Virus record (IMG/VR): IMGVR_UViG_3300005805_000050
Span: 32,001 to 96,000 of that record
DNA: 64,000 nt
Origin: a virus
Direction: 5' to 3' (one strand)
Position numbers and translations under genes: made by a program. Under the pieces are notes generated by a model that saw only the letters and a program-made list of their open reading frames with translations, searched no databases and was not told the origin of the DNA. Shown one piece after another: positions 9,592 to 19,402 of this stretch. Every line of letters begins with the position of its first letter. The stretch's first letter is position 1.

Positions 9592-11385
9592 ATGGCTTCA
9601 GAAACCTTGATTTCACCCGGCGTTTTTCTACAAGAAAACGATTTATCACAAATAACACAAGGACCTATAGAGGTCGGTGCCGCACTTATCGGTCCGACTG
9701 TCTCTGGTCCAATAACTATTCCCACCGTAGTAACGAGCTATTCGCAGTATAAGTCGATCTTCGGATCTACTTTCATATCTGGAGGCACCTCTCTAGAATA
9801 TCTTACTAGCGTAGCGGCTCTAAACTACTTTGAACAGGGAGGATCATCACTGTTAGTAACTAGAGTTGCCTCTGGATCTTACACATACGCAACATCTTCG
9901 GTGTTTGCGCAGGATGGTACAACTGAGGTGTTTAGACTTGAGACTCTAACGCCTGGTACCATTATGAATAACGCCGCACCCGGCGGAGCTGTAATCAGCG
10001 GATCCCTACCTAGCGGATCCAACGTAAACATCAGATATGAAATCGTCGCATCTAATACAGGATCAGGACTATTCTCATTGATCATAAGAAGGGGCGATGA
10101 CAGCACAGCTAATCCTACGGTATTAGAGACTTGGACTAACTTGTCGTTGGATCCTAACGAACCCAACTACGTTGCTTTTGTTCTAGGCGACCAATCTCGC
10201 AATGCGCAAGCAGACGAAAACGGTAGCTATTACGTACAAACTACAGGTTCTTACACCAATAACAGCAAATACGTTAGAGTATCAAACGTATACGTTACTA
10301 CTCCTAACTTCTTCAATAACAACGGAATCGCTAAGGCTTCATACACGGCTTCAATACCTTTACTAGGATCTGGATCTAAGCACGGAGCTTTTGGTGGTGC
10401 TCAAGGCGCTCTATACGGAGGTCAATTGGCCGATGGTACTACCACCGCCCCGTTGAATATGTGTGAGGCCATACCGAACACAACCTCTAACACAGTCGCA
10501 GAAAACATACAGGGTATTGTGGCAATCGAGGCATCTGGAATGAGTTCTTATGACATAGCAATAAACATGCTATCAAACAGAGACGCATATAGATACAATG
10601 TACTTTACGCGCCTGGACTAACGTCTCAGAACTCTCCTTCCCAAATAACTAACATACTCCAAACTGCATCAAACAGGGGAGACGCCATCGCGGTAGTAGA
10701 CATGGTTGGATATGCTCAAAGCAAGACACAAGCAGTCACGCAAGCAAACAACTACGATAACTCCTACGGCGCAACATACTGGCCCTGGGTACAAATCAGA
10801 AGCCGTGAGACAGGTAAGATTAACTTCATACCTCCGTCTACAATTATACCGGCTATATATGAGTATAACGATAAGGTGTCCGCAGAGTGGTTCGCTCCCG
10901 CCGGTCTTAATAGAGGAGCTCTCGCAACTGTATTACAACCCGAGCGTAGAGTTAGCGTCACAGACAGAAACTTCTTGTATCAAGGCAAAGTGAATCCGAT
11001 AGCGGTATTCCCCGGAGTTGGTACAGTTGTATACGGTCAGAAGACTTTACAAACCAAAGCCTCTGCTCTAGATAGAGTGAACGTTCGCAGGCTGCTCATA
11101 TCTCTTAAGAACTATATAGGTCAAATTGGAGAATCTCTGGTATTCGAACCCAATACGCAAATCACGCGCAACAAGTTCCTTAACCAGGTTAATCCTTATC
11201 TAGAGTACGTTCAACAGCGTCAAGGTCTGTACGCCTTCCAAGTAACAATGGATGAAACTAACAACACGCCTGACGTAATCGATAGAAACCAACTGGTTGG
11301 TACGATATACTTACAGCCTACAAAAGCTGCCGAATTTATCTACCTGAACTTCAATGTTCTGCCCACTGGCGCCACCTTCTCCTAA
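9592..11385 (+). CDS. Tail sheath protein (T4 gp18-like)
   Basis: N-terminal ISPGVFLQENDLS. C-terminal WFAPAGLNRG, VNPI..FPGVG..VYGQKTL, DRVNVRRLLI and PTKAAEFIYLNF. Confidence 0.95.
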   Translation: MASETLISPGVFLQENDLSQITQGPIEVGAALIGPTVSGPITIPTVVTSYSQYKSIFGSTFISGGTSLEYLTSVAALNYFEQGGSSLLVTRVASGSYTYATSSVFAQDGTTEVFRLETLTPGTIMNNAAPGGAVISGSLPSGSNVNIRYEIVASNTGSGLFSLIIRRGDDSTANPTVLETWTNLSLDPNEPNYVAFVLGDQSRNAQADENGSYYVQTTGSYTNNSKYVRVSNVYVTTPNFFNNNGIAKASYTASIPLLGSGSKHGAFGGAQGALYGGQLADGTTTAPLNMCEAIPNTTSNTVAENIQGIVAIEASGMSSYDIAINMLSNRDAYRYNVLYAPGLTSQNSPSQITNILQTASNRGDAIAVVDMVGYAQSKTQAVTQANNYDNSYGATYWPWVQIRSRETGKINFIPPSTIIPAIYEYNDKVSAEWFAPAGLNRGALATVLQPERRVSVTDRNFLYQGKVNPIAVFPGVGTVVYGQKTLQTKASALDRVNVRRLLISLKNYIGQIGESLVFEPNTQITRNKFLNQVNPYLEYVQQRQGLYAFQVTMDETNNTPDVIDRNQLVGTIYLQPTKAAEFIYLNFNVLPTGATFS

Positions 11386-11405
11386 TACTATAAACAAACG
11401 ATAAG

Positions 11406-11546
11406 ATGAAAAAAATTAGTAACATCAATGACAATACAGTATTAAGGGTGAGAATTCCCAAAGCTCTTTACGAAAGCATTAAGAAAAAGCTCGCTCTAAA
11501 AGAAGGTAAGGTTGGCAAAAAGGTTGATAAAAAGAAGTTGAAATAA
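11406..11546 (+). CDS. 46-aa basic microprotein with a ribbon-helix-helix-like motif (below ORF-track cutoff)
   Basis: Hand translation: MKKISNINDNTVLRVRIPKALYESIKKKLALKEGKVGKKVDKKKLK*. It fills the sheath-tube gap. Confidence 0.6.
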   Translation: MKKISNINDNTVLRVRIPKALYESIKKKLALKEGKVGKKVDKKKLK

Positions 11547-11561
11547 GAAAGAGGTTTACGC

Positions 11562-11570
11562 ATATTTATA
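11562..11570 (+). promoter_or_regulatory. ATATTTATA putative late promoter (tube gene)
   Basis: Exact motif 25 nt upstream of the tube ATG. Confidence 0.6.
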
Positions 11571-11595
11571 ACTGAAAACATAAACTTGAAATAAA

Positions 11596-12081
11596 ATGCC
11601 AGTATTAGATCCCTCAGAAATAATGTTTACCGCGTTCGAACCGATTGTTCAGAACCGGTTCGTATTCTACATCGATGGTATCCCTTCCTTCATTATAAAG
11701 AAAGCTGATGCTCCAGGCGTAGAACAGGGGGAAATCAAGATCGACCACATCAACGTGTATCGTAAGATCAAAGGCAAAGCGATGTGGAGAGATTTAGCCC
11801 TTTCACTGTACAACCCCGTAACTCCTTCCGGCCAACAGGCTGTGATGGAATGGGTGCGCTTACATCACGAATCAGTAACAGGCCGCGATGGTTACTCAGA
11901 CTTCTATAAGAAGGACTGCAGCATGAATATCCTCGGTCCTGTCGGTGATATAGTATCCGAGTGGATCATCAAAGGCGCTTTCATCAAGACTACCAACTTC
12001 GGTAGCTACGATTGGTCCAACACAGAAGCTTCCGTTCTGGAATTGACTCTTGGCATGGACTACTGCATACTGAACTTCTAA
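11596..12081 (+). CDS. Tail tube protein (T4 gp19-like)
   Basis: FEPIVQNRF, IDHIN..RKIKGK..W, YSDFYKKD and LGPVGDIVSEW..KGAF; directly after the sheath gene. Confidence 0.92.
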   Translation: MPVLDPSEIMFTAFEPIVQNRFVFYIDGIPSFIIKKADAPGVEQGEIKIDHINVYRKIKGKAMWRDLALSLYNPVTPSGQQAVMEWVRLHHESVTGRDGYSDFYKKDCSMNILGPVGDIVSEWIIKGAFIKTTNFGSYDWSNTEASVLELTLGMDYCILNF

Positions 12082-12102
12082 TCATAACACGATTAAAAAG
12101 AG

Positions 12103-12129
12103 AAGCCCCGCAAAAAACGGGGCTTTTTT
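12103..12129 (+). terminator. Rho-independent terminator
   Basis: AAGCCCCG-caaaaaa-CGGGGCTT followed by a T tract, after the tube gene. Confidence 0.9.
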
Positions 12130-12153
12130 ATTGCGCAAAAAGGTAATACGCCT

Positions 12154-12166
12154 ATATTTATAAATA
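12154..12166 (+). promoter_or_regulatory. ATATTTATA putative late promoter; TATTTATAAATA (12155-12166) is a perfect palindrome here
   Basis: Lies between the terminator and the 12179 start. Confidence 0.6.
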
Positions 12167-12178
12167 AACAAACAATTT

Positions 12179-12943
12179 ATGTCAACAACAAAGTTTACGG
12201 TACCTACAGAGATCATAGATCTGCCCTCAAAAGGCAAATTATACCCCAAAACTAACAACCTAAGTTCTGGATCGGTCGAAATGAAATACATGACCGCTAG
12301 AGAAGAAGACATCTTAACTAATGTAAACCTCCTGCGTCAAGGCATAGCGCTGGAGAAGACATTGAAGGCGTTGATTAGATCTGATATCAATTATGATGAG
12401 CTGCTCATAGGAGACAGGAATGCGCTTCTGGTGGCAGCTAGAATTCTCGCTTACGGAAAAGATTACAATTTCAAACTAGAAAATCCTTCTACTAGAGAAG
12501 AAGAGAACGTGAAATTGGATCTTTCTTCGCTAAAGTACAAGGAGTTAGATTTTGATAAACTAACGGACCTTAACGAGTTTGTATTTGAACTTCCTTACAC
12601 TAAGAACCAAGTCACATACAAAATACTAACAGTGGCCGACGATAAGCAAATGGATCTTGAGATGAAAAATCTAAAGAAGACCCTAAACACAGAAGTTGGT
12701 GCTACGTCTACAAAACTAAAGTATCAAATCACCTCTGTAAACGGAGATAGAACCGTAAAAGCTATTAGAGAGTTCGTAGACGGTGGATACCTCTTGTCCA
12801 GAGACGCAATTGCGCTGAGGCAAGACATATTCAAGAATACGCCCGATATCGACCTAAAAACCACTGTGGTGTTTAAGGACGGAACAGAGCAAGAGATGGA
12901 CATTCCAATAACAGCTCAGTTCTTCTTCCCAGGCAACGAATAA
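12179..12943 (+). CDS. Baseplate hub assembly / tail assembly chaperone (T4 gp26-like)
   Basis: IDLPSKG..YP, VEMKYMTAREEDIL and LLIGDRNALLVAARILAYG; located between tube and tape measure genes. Confidence 0.75.
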   Translation: MSTTKFTVPTEIIDLPSKGKLYPKTNNLSSGSVEMKYMTAREEDILTNVNLLRQGIALEKTLKALIRSDINYDELLIGDRNALLVAARILAYGKDYNFKLENPSTREEENVKLDLSSLKYKELDFDKLTDLNEFVFELPYTKNQVTYKILTVADDKQMDLEMKNLKKTLNTEVGATSTKLKYQITSVNGDRTVKAIREFVDGGYLLSRDAIALRQDIFKNTPDIDLKTTVVFKDGTEQEMDIPITAQFFFPGNE

Positions 12944-12949
12944 CTACAC

Positions 12950-13294
12950 ATGAAGGGGTTTTATTACGAAACCTCTCCCCTGTTTCCAGGACCGGAATAC
13001 AGATCTTCATTCATGACCGAGTGCTTTGAATTGGTATACCACGGTCAGGGAGGTTTTACTTGGTCTGAGGTGTGGAATATGCCTGTTCCTCACCGAAGAT
13101 TCAACATTAAAAAGATACAGGAATTCTTAGAGATGAAGGCAGAGGCGCAAAACAAGTCTCAGCAACAAGTAACTGCGAAAAGTGATTTCTCTAAAATGGT
13201 TCCCCCTGAGGTGAGAAAAATAGCACAGAACCGCCCACAAGACCAACAATATATAACAAAGGCGAATAGCAGTAAGTCGGCCAAAAAGCCATAA
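12950..13294 (+). CDS. Tail assembly protein (second chaperone-like ORF before the tape measure)
   Basis: ELVYHGQGGFTWSEVWNMP motif and position immediately before the tape measure gene. Confidence 0.6.
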   Translation: MKGFYYETSPLFPGPEYRSSFMTECFELVYHGQGGFTWSEVWNMPVPHRRFNIKKIQEFLEMKAEAQNKSQQQVTAKSDFSKMVPPEVRKIAQNRPQDQQYITKANSSKSAKKP

Positions 13295-13300
13295 GGGTCC

Positions 13301-13308
13301 ATATTTAT
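13301..13308 (+). promoter_or_regulatory. ATATTTAT putative late promoter (tape measure gene)
   Basis: Motif 20 nt upstream of the GTG start. Confidence 0.5.
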
Positions 13309-13328
13309 CTTTATAAAACAGACTAGAA

Positions 13329-16300
13329 GTGGCAGAAAATACGCAAAACCCAGGAGCACCACAGCAGCCAACACCCCAACCGGCGCCTGCTCCGCCACCG
13401 CGAGTTGACCGCGCTGCAGAAAGAGCGTCTGATAGAGATACTCTTGCGTTTTTGAGTCGAAGATTGGGATTAGAACGAGATTTCCATGATGAGCTAAAAT
13501 ATAGTTTGAAGGATTTAGAGAAACAACTTCAAACGATAGATAAGCAAAACTCAAGGTTAGAGACGCAATATAGGAACACCATAAATATCAAAGATATAAA
13601 TGGTGAGATAAGAAAACTAGAACAGGATCAATATCTTGTTAGAGAGAAGAGAAAAGATATAGAGTATGAATTGGGTCCACTCCGTTTACAGAACGCTCAG
13701 TTCGAAATAAAGAGGGAGAAAGAGCTTCAAGACACAAAATTAAAAGCCGAAAGTCAATATAGACAGGCTGAGGGCAATCTAGCAACCTTCAAATCCCAGC
13801 AACTGGCAGTAATGACGGAACAGGAATTCCAGAATTTACAGAGCATTGCTGTAGAAAGACAGAAACTAAATCAAGAAATACAAGCAGCAGAACAAGACAG
13901 AATACAACAAATTGAAGCCGCAGAGAAACGAAGAATTACGTCCGTATCTCTATTAGAAAAAGAAATCTCAGACAGCAAAAGAAACCTAGAATCAAGTTTC
14001 GCAAAGGACAGGGAAGTCATGGAAAATGACTTCGCTACAAAAGCTCAAAGTATTCAAGCTAAAATCGGAGAGAAACAACAGGAGATTTCAAAAATAAGTG
14101 CTCAACAGACAATATCGGAAAACGATAAGATAAAGCTCGCGCAGCTGCAAAACGATTTAGCCGTACAGCAAGAGGAACAAAAAAATTTACAGGCTACCAA
14201 GGATTACGAGCTCGGATTCCTGGAAACCATGAGGACCTCCCAGTTAGATGACTTAAATAAAATTCATCAACAGAAAATAAACCAAATAAACGATGCTGCT
14301 ACCTTAGAGAAAGGGGCTGTTGAAAAAATGGCCAAAGAACGTACAGCATCCGCGGAAGTGGGTTTACAAAAAATAGGTCCAGAGACTGACACAGAGAAAG
14401 AGCTCGCGAACTTAATGAAGTCATCAGAACAGAAGAGGGCGCAGTATGATTTAAGCTCACAGGAGTTAGAAGCGCAACGTGAAAGCATGTCTGAAGACTC
14501 ATTGCAGCTTAGAATATTAGAACAGCAAGAGAAAGTACAAGAAAAACAAGCCAAACATCTAGAAAAGAAGTTAGAATTAGAACACAAAGTCAATCAAAAT
14601 TTGGGATTGACAGGCCACGCTATGCAAAAGATGGCAGATAAACTGGGAATGGGAGAGGGCGTATATAATGCCATGACTACAAAAGCCCGTGAATTGACTG
14701 AAAACGAAAAGAAAAGGTCAGATCTACAGTCGCAATTGAGTAAAGCACAAGCCGCAGGAGATAAACAAAAGGCCGCAGAATTGGGCAGTCAACTTTCAGC
14801 CATGGGCAAAGCTCCAAGTTTAATGGCAAAAAGATTCCAAGTGATGGGAGCGGGCGCAAAAGAGGTGGGATCCAATCTCAAAGACATGTGGAAAGATCCG
14901 CTTGGAAAGTTGATGATATTCAAAAGCCTCGGTAAAAACATCTACAGTATGGTCTTAGCTCCTGTTGGAAACGCAATAGGTGCTATATACCATGAAGCAG
15001 GAAAAATGGTGAAGGGCCTGTCTAAGCACTCTTCCAATGTTATGGGTGACATCGCGGGTCAAGTCAATGGAATCGTATCAAAGATACCTATCATAGGAGG
15101 TATGATGGCTGGTATAATCGATGGATTTGCCGCATTCATGGATTTGTTGATAGGGGTAGAGGATCACATAGTTAAACAGGGAAGATCGATAGGTCTTTCA
15201 GCAGAACAGGGAATGGCGCTGAACAAGCAATTCTCTGAGTTGTCTATGAAATCCGGAAGCTTGATGATGAATTCCGATCAATACCTAAAATCTTTAGTCG
15301 AAATAAACAAAGAACTGGGGGTTACAGTTCAATTATCAGCACAGGATTTAGAGACTCATCACAAACTAACTGAGCTCGCCGGACTTGATGTTGCTACGAG
15401 TACCAAACTAGTTACATTAGGAAAAATACAGGGTACAAACGCCGCGTCGGTCACAAAAAGCATATTGGGTCAAGTAGCTGCGTTGAAAAATGTTACAGGA
15501 ATTCAGATGAATTACCAACAGGTGTTGGCAGAAGTGACCAAATTGAACGGCGTTCTAGGTCTAGAATTCCAAAAACACCCAGACAAAATAACAGCTGCAG
15601 TCATACAGACTAAAGCATTAGGTTTAGAACTTTCTAAAGTGGAAGGAATGGCCTCCAGTTTCTTAGACTTCCAAAGCAGCATATCAAAAGAATTTGAAGC
15701 GCAGCTTCTCACAGGTAAGAATATAAATCTATCAAAGGTTCGTGAGTTGATGTTGAACAACGACATCGCAGGCGCTGCCGCAGAAATTGCAAAACAAGCC
15801 GGTTCCGCAGAAGATTTCTTGAAAATGAATAGATTGGCTCAGGATTCCTTTGCTGAGGCGATGGGAACTTCTAGGGACGAACTTGCTAACATGCTTAGGG
15901 ATCAAGAGCAGATGGCGGCATTTGCGGCTAAAGATAAAAAAGATCTTCAAGAGAAGGTCATGCTCATGAAACAACAGGGTAAAGAAGCAGAAGCCATAGC
16001 AAAACTAGGCAGCGAAGAAGCTTACAACTCCATAGTCAATACGAGTATGCAAGAGAAGCTAGTTTCTCTAATGGATAAAGTCAAACAGACTATGGTAGAT
16101 ATGCTCGTGAATAGTGGAGTAATAGAGAAAGTGCAAGGTCTGTTAAAGAAATTAGAGGATCCTAACACCATACGTGAGATAGTTTTCAAAGTTAGAGACG
16201 TGTTCACACAAGTAGCCCAAATGATGTTAGAAATAACTGGGGGCATAATGAAGGCGTTAAATTACTTCAATCTTATAGATACTAAAGTTGTAGCATCGTT

Positions 16301-16709
16301 CGAAAGAACTAAAGAGAGCATGTTGGCTGGTATGGCTACAATGGGATCAAGCATGATAGGCGCTCAAAGCATGGATGCAGGACAACTTGCAAGGTCACGT
16401 GGAATGAGCGAAGACCAGGTTGCAGCAGCTACTAATACTCCTAAAAAAGAAAAAGGCGGTCCTATACAACAAACAGGCGTATATACAGTCGGTGCTGGGG
16501 AGTACGTGTTAAGTAAAAATGTGGTGGATGCTATAAAGAGTGATAAGGTAGTTACTGAAACGCCAAACAGTCAAGCAGGTACTGCAAAGAATGTCACAAA
16601 TCACTTCACACTAATGCTGCCTGATATGAGAGTGTTAGCAAAGGGTTCTAATACGGTGAACCAAGCCGAGTCAAACATCGATTACAATCCAATAATGATG
16701 ACCGCATAA
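13329..16709 (+). CDS. Tape measure protein
   Basis: 1126 aa, long coiled-coil and A/G/M-rich helical segments, FQSSISKEFEAQLLTGKNINL; position in the tail operon. Confidence 0.8.
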   Translation: MAENTQNPGAPQQPTPQPAPAPPPRVDRAAERASDRDTLAFLSRRLGLERDFHDELKYSLKDLEKQLQTIDKQNSRLETQYRNTINIKDINGEIRKLEQDQYLVREKRKDIEYELGPLRLQNAQFEIKREKELQDTKLKAESQYRQAEGNLATFKSQQLAVMTEQEFQNLQSIAVERQKLNQEIQAAEQDRIQQIEAAEKRRITSVSLLEKEISDSKRNLESSFAKDREVMENDFATKAQSIQAKIGEKQQEISKISAQQTISENDKIKLAQLQNDLAVQQEEQKNLQATKDYELGFLETMRTSQLDDLNKIHQQKINQINDAATLEKGAVEKMAKERTASAEVGLQKIGPETDTEKELANLMKSSEQKRAQYDLSSQELEAQRESMSEDSLQLRILEQQEKVQEKQAKHLEKKLELEHKVNQNLGLTGHAMQKMADKLGMGEGVYNAMTTKARELTENEKKRSDLQSQLSKAQAAGDKQKAAELGSQLSAMGKAPSLMAKRFQVMGAGAKEVGSNLKDMWKDPLGKLMIFKSLGKNIYSMVLAPVGNAIGAIYHEAGKMVKGLSKHSSNVMGDIAGQVNGIVSKIPIIGGMMAGIIDGFAAFMDLLIGVEDHIVKQGRSIGLSAEQGMALNKQFSELSMKSGSLMMNSDQYLKSLVEINKELGVTVQLSAQDLETHHKLTELAGLDVATSTKLVTLGKIQGTNAASVTKSILGQVAALKNVTGIQMNYQQVLAEVTKLNGVLGLEFQKHPDKITAAVIQTKALGLELSKVEGMASSFLDFQSSISKEFEAQLLTGKNINLSKVRELMLNNDIAGAAAEIAKQAGSAEDFLKMNRLAQDSFAEAMGTSRDELANMLRDQEQMAAFAAKDKKDLQEKVMLMKQQGKEAEAIAKLGSEEAYNSIVNTSMQEKLVSLMDKVKQTMVDMLVNSGVIEKVQGLLKKLEDPNTIREIVFKVRDVFTQVAQMMLEITGGIMKALNYFNLIDTKVVASFERTKESMLAGMATMGSSMIGAQSMDAGQLARSRGMSEDQVAAATNTPKKEKGGPIQQTGVYTVGAGEYVLSKNVVDAIKSDKVVTETPNSQAGTAKNVTNHFTLMLPDMRVLAKGSNTVNQAESNIDYNPIMMTA

Positions 16710-16712
16710 TAT

Positions 16713-19064
16713 ATGTTAGCAGGATCAGAAAGTACTAGTTTATTCAGTAGGTGGGAAGAAGCTGCCCGCGGCACAAGTCCATTTAGATCGGGTTCGGTAG
16801 AATTTGATTTATCTACTTTTTTACAAGCGAAAGGATACAGAGCTAAACCACTAGCTGATTGGAAAACCGATCTTCGATATTTGAAATTTGGATTAGATCG
16901 TCCCGAAGGCGGATCTTCTCCTGAACCTTATGCAACATTCCCCACTCCCGGACCATATCCTAAGAAGATAGGTAGAATACCTGGCACGCTGAATGTAAAT
17001 ACGTTATTAGTTCCTTTAGATAGAGTGTTTGAAGAAAACTTTTTATCTGGGTACACATCAAACTTCAATTTACCTACAGCGATCATAAATCTATACAACG
17101 CTAACAAATCCCTAGATTATCCAATCAGAGGAGGAGGAACGTTTGATACAGGATTTCAAACTACTACGCTAGCGGGTCAAGTAGACAAGAGGAGAATACA
17201 ACAGTTTCTAAAGAACAATCCAAAAGGAGAAGCGTTCGTAAGAAAACAGAAATCGCTACAGTTCTCCAATCCCTTGATAGAAACAGGGGAAGGATTAGAG
17301 GTGCCTGAAGGCGCTTTTAGCTTCAACAATCTGATTTGGAACGGACAACCGGCCTACAAAAGAAACACGCGTGTCTACAATCCAGCAAACACCATTGCTC
17401 AAGTAGCAGGATCAGGCACCGGATTACATGCTGTTAGATCAGGATTTTCTCCCTTCGACGCATCAGATAATTACTACGCTAAGACAGTAGGAAAACAAAT
17501 GCTTCTCGATCCTAATACTTCCGTGAGCACGAATAGACTATTGATATTGCAACAACTAAAATTGACTAACAATGCTCCTATAGTCAATTTGATGAGAGTA
17601 AGCGGACTCGGATCAGACATTGCAAGTCAATTTCAGGGTTTGAACACTGCGTTGGCTTCGACTAGAACAGCGGCAGATTTAGGATTATCGATGAATTCGT
17701 TTCTGATACAGAGTTATCTTGGAGGACCTAACTCTGCTTACGGTATAGGATTTACAACCACGCGTAGAGTTGTTGATACGTCACCAAAAATAGATAACAC
17801 CCAATCAAATAACTCTACGTTTGAACGATTGACAAACAAGCTCGCTGAAGGGGTAAATAGGGTTAGAACAGGTATTGCTATGACCTACGAAGCAATATCT
17901 AAACAAAACATAAACGCAACGAACTCCCCTAATACGGAAATCAGATCTAGAAAAATACAAGATTTCATATTAGCAAATAGTGGAATAGACTTAAATAGCG
18001 CAAAAATACAAGACAGAGAAACTTTATATTACGGTCCAAAACAATTATTTGGTCTTGAAGATAGAATCTCTGCTAAGTCTGCTATACCATACGCCGCTGG
18101 TGAAAACCCCTGGCAACAAACTGACGACCGAGAAAGACTATCAGATCCAGATCTAATAAACTTTGGATTCGAATGTCTTAATAATAACATAGGAGAGCAA
18201 AATACATTCATACAGTTTAGAGCGTATCTTTCTAACGGATTTACTGATAATCACACGGCCAATTGGACCAGTTTTAAGTATGCCGGCCGTGGGGAAAGCT
18301 TCTATACGTATCAAGGCTTTGAAAGAGCAATCAGCTTTGGATTTAGATTGTTAGTAGAGAATAGCGCATATTTGAAGGAAGCTTATAGAAAGCTAAATTA
18401 TCTAGTGTCTCAAACGTATCCCGACTATTCACCGTACACCGGAATAATGAGAGGATCAGTAGTAAGATTGACCATGGGAGATTACTTCTATAGATTGCCA
18501 GGAGTCATAGAAAGCGTACAGATAACAGCTAGAAATGATGCTAGTTGGGATATTAACGAATACGGATATTCGGCCCAACTGCCGCAATTCTTAGAGGTAT
18601 CAGTTACTTTCAAACCTATAATGGATGAATTACCTCAAAAATCTGACATAATAAATCCTAACGCTATGATTATAGCTGGAGGAATAGAGAACGATATGCC
18701 GTATGGACAAGATGAATTGGGCGATGCTTCCGCAGAAATAGAAGAGGAGATATTTGTAGACATCTCAGAAGATAGCGGACCAGGATTCCCCGGTGTAGAA
18801 GATTTAGAAGATCGATTCGATCCAAAAAGAGCTAGACAAGAAAAGAGGTTTTATAACAAACAGCAAAGAGACTTTGCAAGAAACATAAGAGAGGGAAAAA
18901 GAGCCGCTAATAGAGATCAAAGAGTCGCAAACAGGCTTTCTCGCCGCGGAGAGAGATTTGATAGGAAAAATAGTAAAGCGTACGAACAAGAAAATGCCGC
19001 GCTAAGAAATGAAGGCCTAGATCCATTTATAATGGATCCTAAAGGCGGAGGAATGGGCCTATAA
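16713..19064 (+). CDS. Baseplate/tail-associated structural protein
   Basis: 783 aa; C-terminal FRAYLSNGFTDNHTANW..KYAGRGE.FYTYQGFER.ISF is typical of phage baseplate/tube-initiator-like domains. Confidence 0.6.
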   Translation: MLAGSESTSLFSRWEEAARGTSPFRSGSVEFDLSTFLQAKGYRAKPLADWKTDLRYLKFGLDRPEGGSSPEPYATFPTPGPYPKKIGRIPGTLNVNTLLVPLDRVFEENFLSGYTSNFNLPTAIINLYNANKSLDYPIRGGGTFDTGFQTTTLAGQVDKRRIQQFLKNNPKGEAFVRKQKSLQFSNPLIETGEGLEVPEGAFSFNNLIWNGQPAYKRNTRVYNPANTIAQVAGSGTGLHAVRSGFSPFDASDNYYAKTVGKQMLLDPNTSVSTNRLLILQQLKLTNNAPIVNLMRVSGLGSDIASQFQGLNTALASTRTAADLGLSMNSFLIQSYLGGPNSAYGIGFTTTRRVVDTSPKIDNTQSNNSTFERLTNKLAEGVNRVRTGIAMTYEAISKQNINATNSPNTEIRSRKIQDFILANSGIDLNSAKIQDRETLYYGPKQLFGLEDRISAKSAIPYAAGENPWQQTDDRERLSDPDLINFGFECLNNNIGEQNTFIQFRAYLSNGFTDNHTANWTSFKYAGRGESFYTYQGFERAISFGFRLLVENSAYLKEAYRKLNYLVSQTYPDYSPYTGIMRGSVVRLTMGDYFYRLPGVIESVQITARNDASWDINEYGYSAQLPQFLEVSVTFKPIMDELPQKSDIINPNAMIIAGGIENDMPYGQDELGDASAEIEEEIFVDISEDSGPGFPGVEDLEDRFDPKRARQEKRFYNKQQRDFARNIREGKRAANRDQRVANRLSRRGERFDRKNSKAYEQENAALRNEGLDPFIMDPKGGGMGL

Positions 19065-19076
19065 ACAAACACTTTT

Positions 19077-19400
19077 ATGCCGTATAGATACGATATAGTA
19101 GATAAGACTAAAGTAGAGAACACAAAGTCCGAAAATTTCGGAGAGAATTACTACATAACAAACACCTATCCTGAAATACCCATTCGGGCTGACGATAACT
19201 ACGTTATAACAACCATAGGTGATCGTTTAGATCTTATTGCCCACGATTTTTACGGAGACGTTGGATTGTGGTGGATAATAGCATCGGCCAACTCCCTGCC
19301 CGGAGATTCATTGTTCCCTCCCATAGGAACGCAATTGAGAATTCCTATCAACCCCATGGAAGCATACAATCAATATAAATCATTCAATAAAAACCGTTAA
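19077..19400 (+). CDS. LysM-like baseplate wedge / tail X protein
   Basis: GDRLDLIAHDFYGDVGLWWIIASAN...GTQLRIP. Confidence 0.85.
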   Translation: MPYRYDIVDKTKVENTKSENFGENYYITNTYPEIPIRADDNYVITTIGDRLDLIAHDFYGDVGLWWIIASANSLPGDSLFPPIGTQLRIPINPMEAYNQYKSFNKNR

Positions 19401-19402
19401 CG

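Noticed and set aside
13329-13410. Pro/Gln-rich start of the tape measure as a separate repeat element
   Set aside because: Ordinary low-complexity N-terminal linker without DNA-level periodicity.
16707-16715. In-frame stop-NNN-ATG junctions as readthrough fusions (also 4670/4674, 45071/45075, 47701/47705, 61842/61846, 63173/63177)
   Set aside because: This spacing is so frequent here that it most likely reflects translational coupling; nothing else supports fusion at these sites.
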